The notes under the pieces were generated by a model. The model did not search any database, was not told where the DNA came from, and saw only the letters and a program-made list of their open reading frames with translations. DNA of 64,000 nucleotides from an uncultured Chlamydiae bacterium (lineage in GTDB: Bacteria; Chlamydiota; Chlamydiia; Chlamydiales; Parachlamydiaceae): NCBI GenBank assembly GCA_963754655.1, contig CAVWGN010000001.1:1984001-2048000 (forward strand). Reading direction: 5' to 3'. The position numbers and the translations under genes are program-made. How positions within the stretch are numbered: the first letter of the stretch is position 1; every line of letters starts with the position of its first letter. Shown piece by piece: positions 20,454 to 32,261 of this stretch.

Positions 20454-21219
20454 AAAGGGGAGTTTCTATTTTCTTTTTCTGTTTTTCAAAAATCATCGTC
20501 CCTGGATGCTCATGATAGGAACACATAAAGGATCGAACCTGTAAAGGCAAGCCATTTTTCGCCGCCAAGCGTATTGCTCGGGCATGGAGAATTTTAGCTC
20601 CTTGCTCTACAATGTCTAACGCTGCTTGATAGGAAAGATGAGAGTAACAAACAGCATGAGCCTTTTTTTTAGGATCATCATCAAAGACACCAGGAACGTC
20701 TTTAAAGAATTCTACTTTTGCAGCTTTTAAAGCAATTCCTAAGGCAACCGCAGAAGTATCAGATCCTCCCCGACCCAAAGTCGTAATTTCTTTATCTACA
20801 CTTACACCTTGGAAACCAGCCACAATGACAACCTTCCCCTGCTCTAAGCTTGATTCAATTCGTTGAGGACGCACATCGATAATATGGGCCTGAGAATGTT
20901 GCTGACAGGTGATAATTCCAGACTGACTGCCTGTAAAGCTTACCGCTTCCTGATTTTTAAAACATAAAGCCATAGCCAACAAGGACATGCTAATGCGCTC
21001 TCCTACGCTAATTAACATATCATATTCTCGCTGCGGAGGCTGAGGATGTACTTGCTTGGCCAATTGAATCAGTTGATCGGTTGTCTCTCCCATGGCGCTG
21101 ACGACAACGACAATTCGCGGATACTTAGCTCGCCTTGCAATAATAAGGTCAGCAATATAGGCAAATTGTTCGGAAGTCGCAACAGCTGCACCGCCAAATT
21201 TCATGACAAGAGTCCTCAT
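20431..21219 (-). CDS. lysC: Aspartate kinase, kinase domain only (no ACT domains)
   Basis: VMKFGG, VVVVSAMGETTD, VAGFQG, TTLGRGGSDTSA. Confidence 0.93.
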   Translation of the reverse strand: MRTLVMKFGGAAVATSEQFAYIADLIIARRAKYPRIVVVVSAMGETTDQLIQLAKQVHPQPPQREYDMLISVGERISMSLLAMALCFKNQEAVSFTGSQSGIITCQQHSQAHIIDVRPQRIESSLEQGKVVIVAGFQGVSVDKEITTLGRGGSDTSAVALGIALKAAKVEFFKDVPGVFDDDPKKKAHAVCYSHLSYQAALDIVEQGAKILHARAIRLAAKNGLPLQVRSFMCSYHEHPGTMIFEKQKKKIETPLYERISFL

Positions 21220-21603
21220 TGCCTCATCCTTTTTCTACACTTTATCATCGATTTAAAGAATTTGTTGAAACTATCATTGAATTGTTAAGATTAAATAAAG
21301 ATTTGATGATGTAATCTCATAAAAGCCGGTTAAGAAAGCTTCTGTTTAAAAAGCAATCGTATAATGTCAAATTTTAATAATAAGATTTTAACATTTTTTC
21401 TTATCATTATTTTGTTTTTGTTCTATAATAAAAATTGAAGAGTAACAATATCTCATGTTTAGTACATGTTTTTGATTTTTCAGTATTTTTAGAGAAAAAG
21501 CATATTGTCTAGTTGAATGATTCTTTCTTCATGTTTTTCCTAAGAAATTTCTTCTCTTATTGTTAGTGCTTGCATTTTCCAATCTTTTTTAACACTCTTT
21601 TGA

Positions 21604-21633
21604 TTGCATTTTTTCATTTATATCTGGTAATCT
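21604..21633 (+). promoter_or_regulatory. Candidate rpsA promoter (TTGCAT-N18-TAATCT, extended -10 TG)
   Basis: Sits upstream of the AAGGAG RBS and the rpsA start. Confidence 0.4.
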
Positions 21634-21668
21634 ACTACCATTATATGAAAATAAGGAGAAACCTTTAA

Positions 21669-23456
21669 ATGTCTAAACACCCACAACACACTTGGAATGA
21701 AAGCAACATCGTAGATGATGTCCAATTTCAAGAAAAAGATGCTGAAATTTTTAAAAATCTTTTAACACAAAATGAATCTACTCGCTATAGAAGAAAGCTC
21801 TCTGATGAGTCCAGGTAGTATTCTTAAAAGGAAGAATTGTTGAAATTACTAAAGACCATGTCGTCGTCGATGTAGGCTTAAAATCTGAAGGCTTAGTTCC
21901 CATCGAAGAATTTTCTGATCCATCTCAAGTTTATCTTGATGCTGAAGTAGAAGTTCTTCTAGATCAAGCAGAAGATGACAATGGTCAAATTGTTCTATCT
22001 CGTGAAAAAGCTGAAAGACTTCGTCAATGGGAATATATTCTTGAACACTGTGAAGAAGGTTCTATTGTTAAAGGTCGTGTTATTCGTAAAGTTAAAGGCG
22101 GCTTAATGGTTGATATTGGAATGGAAGCATTCTTACCTGGCTCGCAAATTGACAATAAGCGCATTAAAAATCTTGATGATTATATTGGTAAGACTTACGA
22201 ATTCAAAATTCTTAAAATCAACATTGAACGCAAAAACGTTGTTGTTTCTCGCCGAGAACTTCTTGAAGCTGAGCGAATTTCCAAAAAAGCAGAAGTTCTT
22301 GAACATATCCAACCAGGCGATATTCGCGAAGGAGTTGTTAAAAATATCACCGATTTCGGTGTATTCTTAGATCTCGATGGAATTGATGGCTTATTGCATA
22401 TCACAGATATGACATGGAAGCGTATTAAACATCCTTCTGAAATGGTGCAATTGGGCCAAAAACTTGAAGTCATGATTCTAAGTGTTGATAAAGACAAAGG
22501 ACGTGTTGCTCTGGGTTTAAAGCAAAAAGGAGCAAATCCTTGGGATCAAATTGAACAAAAATATCCTCCAGGAACACGTGTTAAAGGCAAAATTGTCAAT
22601 CTTACTCCCTTATGGTGCATTTATTGAAATTGAACCTGGAATTGAAGGATTGATTCACGTTTCAGAAATGTCATGGGTGAAAAATATTACAGATCCAAGC
22701 GAAGTTGTGAAAAAAGGCGATGAAGTTGAAGCCATTGTTCTTTCTGTCCAAAAAGAAGAAGGCAAAATTTCTTTGGGAATTAAACAAACTGAGCACAATC
22801 CATGGGATGATGTCGAGAGGAAATATCCAGTAGGACATAATGTCAAAGCTGAAATTCGCACATTGACGAATTATGGTGCATTTGTGGAATTAGAACCAGG
22901 CGTTGAAGGACTAATTCATATTTCTGATTTAAGCTGGATTAAAAAAGTTTCCCATCCTTCTGAAGTCTTACGTAAAGGCGATATCGTAGATGCCGTTATT
23001 CTTTCTGTTGATAAAGAGAGCAAAAAAATCACCTTAGGCGTCAAGCAGTTGAGCACAAATCCTTGGGAATCCATTGAAAAAACGATGCCTGTAGGCAGCC
23101 TAGTTAAAGGTAAAGTGACAAAAATCACTGCATTTGGTGCTTTTGTTGAATTGGACAGTGGCATTGAAGGACTGATTCACGTCACAGAGTTATCTGATCA
23201 AGCATTTGGCAAAGTAGAAGATGTCGTTTCAAAAGGAGATGAAGTCACAGCAAAAGTGATTAAGTTGGATCCTGAGCATAAGAAAATTGCTTTATCAATT
23301 AAAGAATATTTGATTGATCAAAACCAATATAATCGCGATGACATTGTTGTTACCCCTGCTAAGCGCGTAAAAAGGAAGAAAGTAAAGATTCTCAACAAGA
23401 AGAAGAAGTCTGCTGAGGACATAATTCCTTGCGCTCGACTAGCGAGCTGCTTTTGA
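21669..23456 (+). CDS. rpsA: 30S ribosomal protein S1, with several single-base frameshifts (probable sequencing errors); 3' end uncertain
   Basis: Repeated S1 domains ([37 protein letters not shown]). Upstream [11 protein letters not shown] reads in a shifted frame; ATG at 21669. Confidence 0.92.
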
Positions 23457-23466
23457 GAGCAACGTA

Positions 23467-23519
23467 GCTCAATTTCGTAGAAATTGAGCTTATTGAGACC
23501 TCCTTTACGGAGGTCTTAT
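23467..23519 (+). terminator. Two adjacent hairpins after rpsA, possible terminator
   Basis: AGCTCAATTTC-GTA-GAAATTGAGCT and AGACCTCC-TTTAC-GGAGGTCT; weak U tail. Confidence 0.5.
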
Positions 23520-23686
23520 GCCGTTTGGAAATTTAATTTAAATGATTCTTTTCTAATTGTTAACGATCGCGTTAAATTAGCGCTTAGAAATGAACTTTTT
23601 AAGTTATAAGTCAAAATCAATCTCAGTGATAAGCATCTCAAACCCAGAGTCAAATCTCGCTATTACAGCAGTAGAGGCATACAAGC

Positions 23687-24958
23687 ATGAACAAAGATCT
23701 CATTGCAATCTTTGAATATTTAGAGAGAGAAAAAGGGATTAAGCGTGAATTGGTCATTAGCGCCATTGAAGAATCCTTGCAGGCAGCTGCTCGCAAAAGC
23801 GTGACAGGTGCATCGAATGTACTGTAACGATTCATCCTAAAACAGGAAATATTGAAGTTTACTGTGAAAAAGAAATTGTGGAAGAAGTCGAAGTTGCGTC
23901 TCAAGAAATTTCTTTAGAAGATGCCCGTGAAATTGATCCCGATGCTGAAATTGGTCAATTTATTGATGTCGTTGTAACTCCTAAAGATTTTGGACGCATT
24001 GCTGCTCAAAAAGCACGACAAATTATTACTCAAAAACTACGGGTGCTGAACGAGATGTCATTTATGAAGAATACCGCCATCGCGTTAATGAATTAATTTC
24101 TGGAACTGTTAAGCGATTTGTGAGAGGGGCTAATTTGATCATTGATTTAGGCAAAGTGGAAGCCATTATGCCTGCCGTGAATATCCTAAAACAGAAAAAT
24201 ATCAAATTGGAGAAAAAGTTCTTGCTCTTTTATTAGAAGTAAAAGATACAGAAAATGGAGGAGCCGAGGTCATTTTATCGCGATCAATCCCGAATTTGTA
24301 CGTCAACTTTTGATTCAAGAAGTTCCAGAAGTCAGTGATGGAACGATTATTAGTTGATAAAATTGTGAGAGATGCCGGTTATCGAACAAAACTGACAGTT
24401 CGTTCGACAGATCCTAAAATTGATCCAGTAGGCGCTTGTGTCGGAATGCGTGGCAATCGCGTTAAAAATATCGTACGCGAACTACATAATGAAAAAATTG
24501 ATATTATTCCTTTTTCAGCTGATCCAATTGAGCTTTTACAAAATGCGCTATCTCCTATTGAAATTCGCAAAATTAGCTTAAATGAAGAAGACCACGTCAT
24601 TTCCATTGTGGTCGAAGATGATGATTTTGCAGCTGTAATTGGCAAAAAAGGCATGAATGCTCGACTGAATAGCCGGCTAATTGGCTATGATTTAGAAGTT
24701 CAACGTATGACAGATTACAATCGTACAATGGCGATTCAACGTCAAGAGTTAGCTTCAACTGACGACCCGACACTTGATCAACCTCTAGAAAGCATCGAAG
24801 GCGTCAACAGCCTGATTTTTGATCATCTGGTGGCAGAAGGATATAGCACCTTGCGATCCTTGCTTCAAGCAACACCAGAACAACTTGCAACCATCCCTGG
24901 CATTAGTTTGGAAATGGCAGACAAGATTTTAGAACAAATAAGAAAACAAAGGATATAG
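23687..24958 (+). CDS. nusA: Transcription termination/antitermination factor NusA, with about 5 single-base frameshifts
   Basis: MNKDLIAIFEYLEREKGI start, FGRIAAQKARQII, DPVGACVGMRGNRVK, VIGKKGMNARL. Confidence 0.93.
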
Positions 24959-24962
24959 AGCC

Positions 24963-27709
24963 TTGGCCAAGAATCTTAAGTTAAATATTAAAAACACACA
25001 AATTGCAGAAGCAATTAATCTTAGCGGATTAAAAGGCAAATTGGCAAAGAAAAAAGAAGCTGATGCTGCGGAAAACAAACTAGTTGCATCAAAATCTGCA
25101 CCCCACAAACCCAAAGCTGAAGGGGAAGAATTGCCAAAAGAAGAAGCGCCTCGCATTCGAGCTCGCTCCAAATCTGCTTTTGCTGAGCCTCATTCTGAGC
25201 CTATCTCTAAAGAATCTTTCGAACATGTTGAGCATGTTACTGAACCAGAAGAATTAGTTGCTCAAGAAGCGATAGCGGAACCGCAAGAAGAACCAACTCG
25301 CAGAAAGACGAGTGCTGAGTTGCGACAAGAAATTTTTGGCGTTCAAAAACCTCCAGTTAGCGAACCTAAACCCATTAAGGAAGCTGAAATAGAGTCCAGC
25401 GGCGGAACAAGTTCTATTGTCGCAACTCCTCCTCCTTCCCTATTTAAAGAAGAGCCAAAAAAAGAAGTGGGGACTTCTACCCATCCTATTGCTCATAAAA
25501 AAGGTGAACCTAGAGTAATCCCTCGTGAAATAGCACCGCAGGATCGATTGGGGCCAACAGGGAGACATATCAAAGATTACTTAAGGCCTCCTAAACCAGC
25601 TGTCACTCCTATTGCTCGTCCTTCCTCCCCTCCTCCTGCACCTCCAAAAGAATCCTCTTTGGAAAGCAAAGACAAGCTAAAACCCAAGCCACCAAAGGCC
25701 AAAGCTCCAGAAGGGGTTAAGCTGGGAGAAGAAGACAAGCAAATAAAGGAATCAAAACAACAAAATTTAAAGAATTTCGCGACATTAAGCCGGCACGTCG
25801 TCAAGAGACAAAGCAATTTGATGCCCGCGATCGGCAAGGTTTGCGCACTTCAGATGAAGACCAACAATGGCGCAGACGTCGTGGCAAACAGATGAAACAT
25901 CAACTTCAAGAAGATTTGACAATTCGTCCTACTTCTTTAAAAGTGCGATTGCCTATTTCCATTAAAGATTTGGCTTCAGAAATGAAATTAAAATCTTCGC
26001 AATTGATTAGTAAGCTTTTTCTTCAAGGAATTGTGGTCACACTCAACGATTTGCTGGAAGATGTCACAACTATTCAGTTGCTAGGGCAAGAATTTGGATG
26101 TGATATCAAGATTGATACAGCGGAAGAAAAACGTATCCAAATCACCGACAAAACAATTAAAGAGGAATTGCAGCAAACATCTGCAGATCAATTGGTGCTT
26201 CGGCCACCCGTGGTTGCGTTTATGGGCCACGTTGACCATGGTAAAACAAGTTTAATTGATGCCATTCGCGCCAGCAATCGAGCAGCCGGAGAAGCAGGAG
26301 CCATTACACAGCACATTGGCGCCTTCCGCTGCACCACTGCTGTCGGAGACATTGCCATATTAGATACTCCAGGCCATGAAGCTTTTTCCGCAATGCGAGC
26401 TCGGGGAGCAGATGTCACGGATATTGTCGTTCTGGTTATTGCAGGAGATGAGGGACTCAAACAACAGACCTTAGAAGCCATCCAACATGCGCGCGCCGCC
26501 AATGTCATCATTGTTGTTGCGATCAATAAAGCTGATAAACCTAATTTTAATCCTGAAAATGTTTATCGTCAGTTGGCTGAAAATGATCTTTTACCAGAAG
26601 CCTGGGGAGGTCAAATCATTACGGTCAATTGTTCGGCCGTTACAGGTCAAGGCATTCCAGAATTGCTTGAAATGCTCGCTTTACAAGCAGAAGTTCTTGA
26701 ATTACGAGCAAATCCTCATACAAGAGCGCGCGGAACTGTCTTAGAATCTGAAATGCATAAGGGATTGGGATCAGTTGCTACAGTATTGGTTCAAAACGGA
26801 ACACTACGTCGAGGAGACTCTCTCGTTTTTGGGCAATTATTTGGCCGCGTCAAAACCATGCATGATGAATACCGCAGAGAACTCCAAGAAGCGGGTCCTT
26901 CTACGCCTGTTGAAATTACTGGTCTATCAGGGTTACCAGGAGCAGGGCAAGAATTTATCGTTGTGAAGAGTGAAAAAGAGGCTCGTGAAATTTCTGAGGT
27001 GCGTTCGGAAGGATTTCGCCAATCCAACCTTCTCTTGCAGCAGAAGAAAAAGACTTCAATGGAAAGCCTTTTCCAACAAGCTTCGGCGACCGGCAAGAAG
27101 ATTCTCAATCTTGTCTTGCGAGCAGATGTTCAAGGTTCGCTCGAGGCCCTAAAAGCTGCTTTACTGAAAATTGAATCCGATAAAGTTGATGTAAACATTA
27201 TTTTTGCAGGAGTAGGCGAAGTTTCTGAATCTGATGTTCAATTAGCTGCTGCTTCTAAAGCGGTTATTATTGGTTTTCACACACAAATTGAAAGCCATGC
27301 TGAACCTATTGTCAAGCAGATGGGCGTTCATGTTCGCTTACACAATATTATTTATCACGCCATTGATGATGTGAAAGTTGTCATGACAGGTATGCTAGAA
27401 AAAATTGCACAAGAAACCGAAAAGGGCAAAGCGATTGTCAAAGCCACATTTAAATCTTCTCATACAGGTATTATTGCTGGTTGCCAAGTCATCGAAGGAT
27501 CGATTCACCGTAGCAATCATCTTCGCGTCAAACGAGGTGAAGAAATTGTTTGGAAGGGAAATATTGCTTCTCTTAAACGCGTTAAAGAGGATGTCCGCGA
27601 AGTCCAAAAAGGCTTAGAATGCGGAATTCTTCTTAGCAACTTCTCAGATATCCAGGAAGGTGATATTTTAGAAGCTTATGAAGTCACTTATATTGATCAA
27701 CAATTATAA
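24963..27709 (+). CDS. infB: Translation initiation factor IF-2, one frameshift near 25740
   Basis: [17 protein letters not shown] chlamydial N-terminus; [32 protein letters not shown]. Confidence 0.95.
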
Positions 27710-27714
27710 TTATT

Positions 27715-28101
27715 ATGGCTGTAAAAAGAACTGACAGATTGAATTCACTTCTTAAAGAAGTCATTTCAGAAGTGATTAGAAGAGATGTCCGCAATCCTCA
27801 TGTAACCGAACTTGTTACTGTAACGCGTGTGCAAATTTCTAAAGATTTGCGCCATGCTAAAGTTTTCATTAGCGTGATTGGTTCAGAGCAGGACAAATTT
27901 GAAACTATTGAGGCTTTAAATTCTGCTGCCGGCTTCATTGCAGTGCAATCTTCTCAAAAAGTGGTCATGCGTTATTTTCCTGAACTGAAATTCAAGTTGG
28001 ATGACAGTGTGGACAAGCACATGCGCATTGAAGAGCTTTTAAATAAAATCAGCCAGGAGCGAGAATTACGCCCACAATCTAGTGATGATGAAGAATCCTA
28101 A
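27715..28101 (+). CDS. rbfA: Ribosome-binding factor A
   Basis: VTRVQISKDLRHAKVF and RYFPELKFKLDDS; follows infB. Confidence 0.96.
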   Translation: MAVKRTDRLNSLLKEVISEVIRRDVRNPHVTELVTVTRVQISKDLRHAKVFISVIGSEQDKFETIEALNSAAGFIAVQSSQKVVMRYFPELKFKLDDSVDKHMRIEELLNKISQERELRPQSSDDEES

Positions 28102-28810
28102 TTTAGATCCTCTTCAACCTATTGAAGGTATTTTATTGGTTGACAAGCCTAAAGGACCCAGCTCCTTTAAGCTTGTTCAAACCTTGCGTAAGCGTCTAGG
28201 CGTTAAAAAAATTGGCCATGCGGGCACATTGGATCCTTTTGCCACTGGAGTCATGGTCATGTTGGTCGGACGACGCTATACACGTCTATCTGATACATTT
28301 TTGAGCTGCGATAAAGAATATGTCGCTGAAGTCTACTTAGGAGTCACAACAGATACTTATGACTCTGAAGGTAAGGTGGTGGGACAATCTTCTGCTATTC
28401 CTTCTCTTGAAGAGATTTTAAAAGCATTAAATTTATTCCAAGGCGAAATCGAACAAATTCCACCTATGTTTTCTGCCAAGAAGATGCAAGGGAAAAAGCT
28501 TTATGAGCTAGCGAGGAAAGGGTTAGAAGTCGAAAGAAAGCCAATCAAGCTTCAAGTGGAAACCCATTGTATTCGTTATGAATATCCCTATTTAGAATTG
28601 CGCATTATATGCAGTAAGGGAACGTACATCCGCAGTATTGCCTATGATTTAGGGCAGATGCTAGGTTGCGGAGCGCATTTAACTAATTTAAGGAGAATGC
28701 GAAGCGGTCACTTTACAGTTGAAAATTGCATTACAGAGGAACAAGTCGTCTCCCAGACTTTTGACCTTCAAAGTTATTTTCTTACCGAACAATCGCTAAA
28801 GATTTATTAA
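28082..28810 (+). CDS. truB: tRNA pseudouridine(55) synthase
   Basis: KIGHAGTLDPFATG, QIPPMFSA, CSKGTYIRS. Confidence 0.97.
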   Translation: MMMKNPNLDPLQPIEGILLVDKPKGPSSFKLVQTLRKRLGVKKIGHAGTLDPFATGVMVMLVGRRYTRLSDTFLSCDKEYVAEVYLGVTTDTYDSEGKVVGQSSAIPSLEEILKALNLFQGEIEQIPPMFSAKKMQGKKLYELARKGLEVERKPIKLQVETHCIRYEYPYLELRIICSKGTYIRSIAYDLGQMLGCGAHLTNLRRMRSGHFTVENCITEEQVVSQTFDLQSYFLTEQSLKIY

Positions 28811-28860
28811 TATTCACAATTGATGCAAAATGATGATTTCATTTTGTGTGGATTAATATT

Positions 28861-29775
28861 ATGCGCATCCTAGAAAAATTGGAAGACTTCTCAAAGCCTC
28901 ACCATCCACTTGTTTTAACGATTGGCAATTTTGATGGCATGCATCGAGGCCATGGTGCTGTTTTAAACCGTGCGCGGACTTTAGCAGCACAAGAAGGGCA
29001 ATTACTTGTTCTTACCTTCCGTAATCATCCTTCTGAAGTTTTACGTCCAAATCAACCCGTCCAACTTTTATGTACCTTGCCTCATAAAATTCAACTTTTA
29101 CAACGGTTTAGTGTTGACAATATCATGCTACTCCCTTTCACGCCCTATTTAGCTCAACATAGCGCCGCTTCTTTTATCGAACACGTCCGCCAATTCATTC
29201 CTTTTTCTCATTTAGTCCTAGGCCATGATGCAACGCTGGGTCGCGATCGCCAAGGCAATCGCCCAACGATGATGGAGCTAGGAATGGAATGGGGCTTTCA
29301 TGTTCACTATTTAGAAGAATACCGCTATGAAGGCAAACCTGTCTCAAGCACGCGTATAAGAGAACTCCTCCAAAAAGGAGATTTGATTCAAGTTGAAGAA
29401 CTCTTGAATCGGCCCTATTCCATTTATGCCCCTGTCTCTTCAGGCGCTGGCAAGGGCAAGCAAATAGGATTTCCTACCGCCAATTTAGATGTCATGGGAC
29501 TTTGCTTACCCCCTTTTGGAGTCTATGCAGTTGAAGTGATCTATGAGTCTAGCAGTTTCCAAGGCATTGCCAATCTCGGAGTCGCGCCTACAATGCGAGT
29601 AGATAGTCAGCCTATTTTGGAAGTTCATTTATTTGGGGATGAACGAGAATGGAAAGGACATAACCTTGAAGTCATTTTTAAAAAATTTCTACGGCCCGAA
29701 AAGAAATTTCACAGCGTAGAAGAATTGCGCCAGCAAATTCAAAATGATATTGAGTTAGTTAAAAAGCAATTTTAA
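28861..29775 (+). CDS. ribF: Bifunctional riboflavin kinase / FAD synthetase
   Basis: IGNFDGMHRGH, VSSTRIR, GFPTANL, LEVHL. Confidence 0.96.
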   Translation: MRILEKLEDFSKPHHPLVLTIGNFDGMHRGHGAVLNRARTLAAQEGQLLVLTFRNHPSEVLRPNQPVQLLCTLPHKIQLLQRFSVDNIMLLPFTPYLAQHSAASFIEHVRQFIPFSHLVLGHDATLGRDRQGNRPTMMELGMEWGFHVHYLEEYRYEGKPVSSTRIRELLQKGDLIQVEELLNRPYSIYAPVSSGAGKGKQIGFPTANLDVMGLCLPPFGVYAVEVIYESSSFQGIANLGVAPTMRVDSQPILEVHLFGDEREWKGHNLEVIFKKFLRPEKKFHSVEELRQQIQNDIELVKKQF

Positions 29776-29899
29776 TTTCTATTAACCTAAATTCAGTTTA
29801 TACGACGTGTTTTAAAAGACAGGCTACTTAGGATATGAGCCTTACACTGTACGATAAAGAGTATCAAGAAATTAAAAGTCCTCCTCGAAGGATAGAGTA

Positions 29900-31591
29900 T
29901 TACAAATGCGACGGCTGCCAACCTACCTGTATCTGTGTTGCAGAAAATTTTTGAATTGCTTGTCCGGTGATATAAGGACAATCAAAGAGGCTAAGTTTTT
30001 TCAGATTTTTATGATTAATTAGAACTTTCACTCCTTCATTTGTTATCTCCCTGCAAAAGTCTAATCTCAATTCAATAATAGAATCAGGAAGCTGAGTTAA
30101 TCCTGCATCAGTGATCCTTGACCCTGCGACGGAAAGCTCTTTTAAGTCTTTCATTTGATTAATCTTTTTTAAAGCAACATCACTCAAATTGCATTCTGAT
30201 AAATCTAACGAGTAAAAAGAATTTGAGAGAAATTCTACATACTCATCTTTAAAAGGGGTACTAGCCAGAACAAGATGCCGCAAATGAGAAAGTTCGCTTA
30301 ACCGTTTTGCTGTTTTTTCTTCTACTCCTTTACATAGACGCAGGTCAAGGGCTTCGAGCTGATCGGGCAATTCAGCCAAATCACTATCCATTAGTTGATT
30401 GCAACCCGTGATATCTAAATTACGAACATGTGTATGTTGAAGATTTATAAGTCCATTCTTAGTAAAATTTGTACATCCAGCAACAGATAAACTGTCTACA
30501 TGACTTGGGATTTTTGAAAGCGCGGCATCATTAATCCATTGGCAGCCGCCCAGTTTCAGGGATTTAATGGCGGGTATTGTCTCAATAATGGATAGCGCAT
30601 TCAGAGTTAATTGATGACAATTTAATAATTCCAATTCATTTAGAGGAAAATCCTTTAAAACTAGAAGGGCATCATCAGTGAGACTTATTCCAGACAAAGA
30701 GAGGGTGATAGGACTCTTGAGGTTCTCTTGAAAATAAACTAATTTTTCCAAAAATGCTTGAGGAATGGGTTGTTGGATTAAAGCCTCCCGAAACATTTTG
30801 GACACGTATTTTTCCAATTGATAAATGATTGTCTGATTTTTTTCTTTATTCAAGTTATTTAATAAAAAAACGATCGTTTGGATATCAATTTTAGGAAAAA
30901 TATATCTTTTGCATTCATCTATCAATTCTGAGATCTGCAATTCCACCCCCGCATACATTAGAGGAAAGGCATTTTTTTCGTTAATAAATGCAGGTTCAGA
31001 GGTTTGGAGAAAAGCCATCAATGAATCCAATTCGTGCGAATTTAGCCAAGGCAAAGATAGAAAATCTATCTTTTCATTTCTTTTAATTTTAAGGCGTATT
31101 TTCTCTGAAAAATAGGCCAAAAGCCCAAGGCTTACCTCGACATTCAAGCCTTCTTTCAATTGGACCACAAGAGATTTGAAATAAATACGACATGGGGTGT
31201 TGTCATGCTTCAATAAGGCGATTGGAACGGGATATTTTTGATTTCCATGAATAATTGCTTTGATTTCAGAATTGCGGACTAGATTTTTGACGGGCTGGAT
31301 TCTTTTTTGAAGACTTTCAATGCGAGTCGGCTGGAGATTAAATAGTTTTTGAAAAAGCATTGTGATTTTTTCTTGTTTTTCTAGCGGCAACTTCTCCTTC
31401 ATGGAATAGAATGCCCCTGTTAAGTGGCATAGTCGCGGCAACGATTGTTTGTCACTTTTCAACGCTGGAAAATAATCAAGAAGACCAATGAGTTGATCTG
31501 TACACTTAAAAAGATTTGTTTGATCAGAAAAATAAAGTTGTTCGAGTTGGCTAACCCTTCCTCGAGCTTGAAGTAAGCTATTAATATTCAA
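29900..31591 (-). CDS. BTB/POZ-like domain + Cys-containing LRR protein, candidate effector
   Basis: LDSLMAFLQT...INEKNAFPLMYAGVELQISELIDECKRYI BTB-like helices; LxLxxCxxITDxGL LRRs. Confidence 0.75.
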   Translation of the reverse strand: MNINSLLQARGRVSQLEQLYFSDQTNLFKCTDQLIGLLDYFPALKSDKQSLPRLCHLTGAFYSMKEKLPLEKQEKITMLFQKLFNLQPTRIESLQKRIQPVKNLVRNSEIKAIIHGNQKYPVPIALLKHDNTPCRIYFKSLVVQLKEGLNVEVSLGLLAYFSEKIRLKIKRNEKIDFLSLPWLNSHELDSLMAFLQTSEPAFINEKNAFPLMYAGVELQISELIDECKRYIFPKIDIQTIVFLLNNLNKEKNQTIIYQLEKYVSKMFREALIQQPIPQAFLEKLVYFQENLKSPITLSLSGISLTDDALLVLKDFPLNELELLNCHQLTLNALSIIETIPAIKSLKLGGCQWINDAALSKIPSHVDSLSVAGCTNFTKNGLINLQHTHVRNLDITGCNQLMDSDLAELPDQLEALDLRLCKGVEEKTAKRLSELSHLRHLVLASTPFKDEYVEFLSNSFYSLDLSECNLSDVALKKINQMKDLKELSVAGSRITDAGLTQLPDSIIELRLDFCREITNEGVKVLINHKNLKKLSLFDCPYITGQAIQKFSATQIQVGWQPSHL

Positions 31592-31646
31592 AGCAATTCT
31601 CTCTAGTTAAATTATTTTGTAAATTCGATATCTTATGCCTGCTTTT

Positions 31647-32000
31647 CTAGTACTTAACCACATGAGTTTTTGCCTATTGGATGGTTTAAATTACTAGGTG
31701 TTAAGGTAAGAGATGAGCGTAGGCTAAGCGACGCATTCAGTCGCCCGCCGCTTCGCTCTGGGCTCTAGGACCCACCGTTCGGTCGCCCTCCGAGCTCGGT
31801 CACAGTGGGCTAGAATCAGTCGTCCTCCGGACTCTAGCAGCATTATCAAAACGCCTTGACTAGTACTTTATTTTTTAAATACTTTGATTTATAATAATTA
31901 TAAACAAGAGGGTTATATGAAATCTGCGACCATTTAAATGGAATTTTGCAGGTTTTTCGGCAAAAGTATAAACCAAGTTATTTAAAAAAATAAAGTACTA
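31647..32000. repeat. Second cluster of the CTAG-joined modules seen at 17.9-18.4 kb, plus an AT-rich TAGTACT-ended MITE
   Basis: 31647 CTAGTACTTAACCACAT remnant; 31707-31863 single outer + inner arm; 31860-32000 TIRs TAGTACTTTATTTTTTAAATA / TATTTAAAAAAATAAAGTACTA. Confidence 0.85.
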
Positions 32001-32261
32001 TTCTAAAAGTTAAGAGATTCACAATCGATTCGCATAAACCATCCCTTCTCTCTTTTATTTTATAATCCCCTGCAAATTTAAGGCAAGACTCTTTAATCAC
32101 AACTTCCTTTTTCTCCATCTTTGAAGCTTAAGCAATTAAGATTATGACATTGTTTTTTTCTTCAGAAAAAGCAATTAATCGAGTAGCCTTTATTCAAATA
32201 TAAAGATTTAAATTATAATGATGAACTTTATGTTATCTTTACTCTAAACCATTTATTTGTT

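Noticed and set aside
21669..27709. rpsA, nusA and infB as true pseudogenes or programmed frameshifts
   Set aside because: Essential genes with intact motifs and clustered single-base indels; sequencing error is far more likely.
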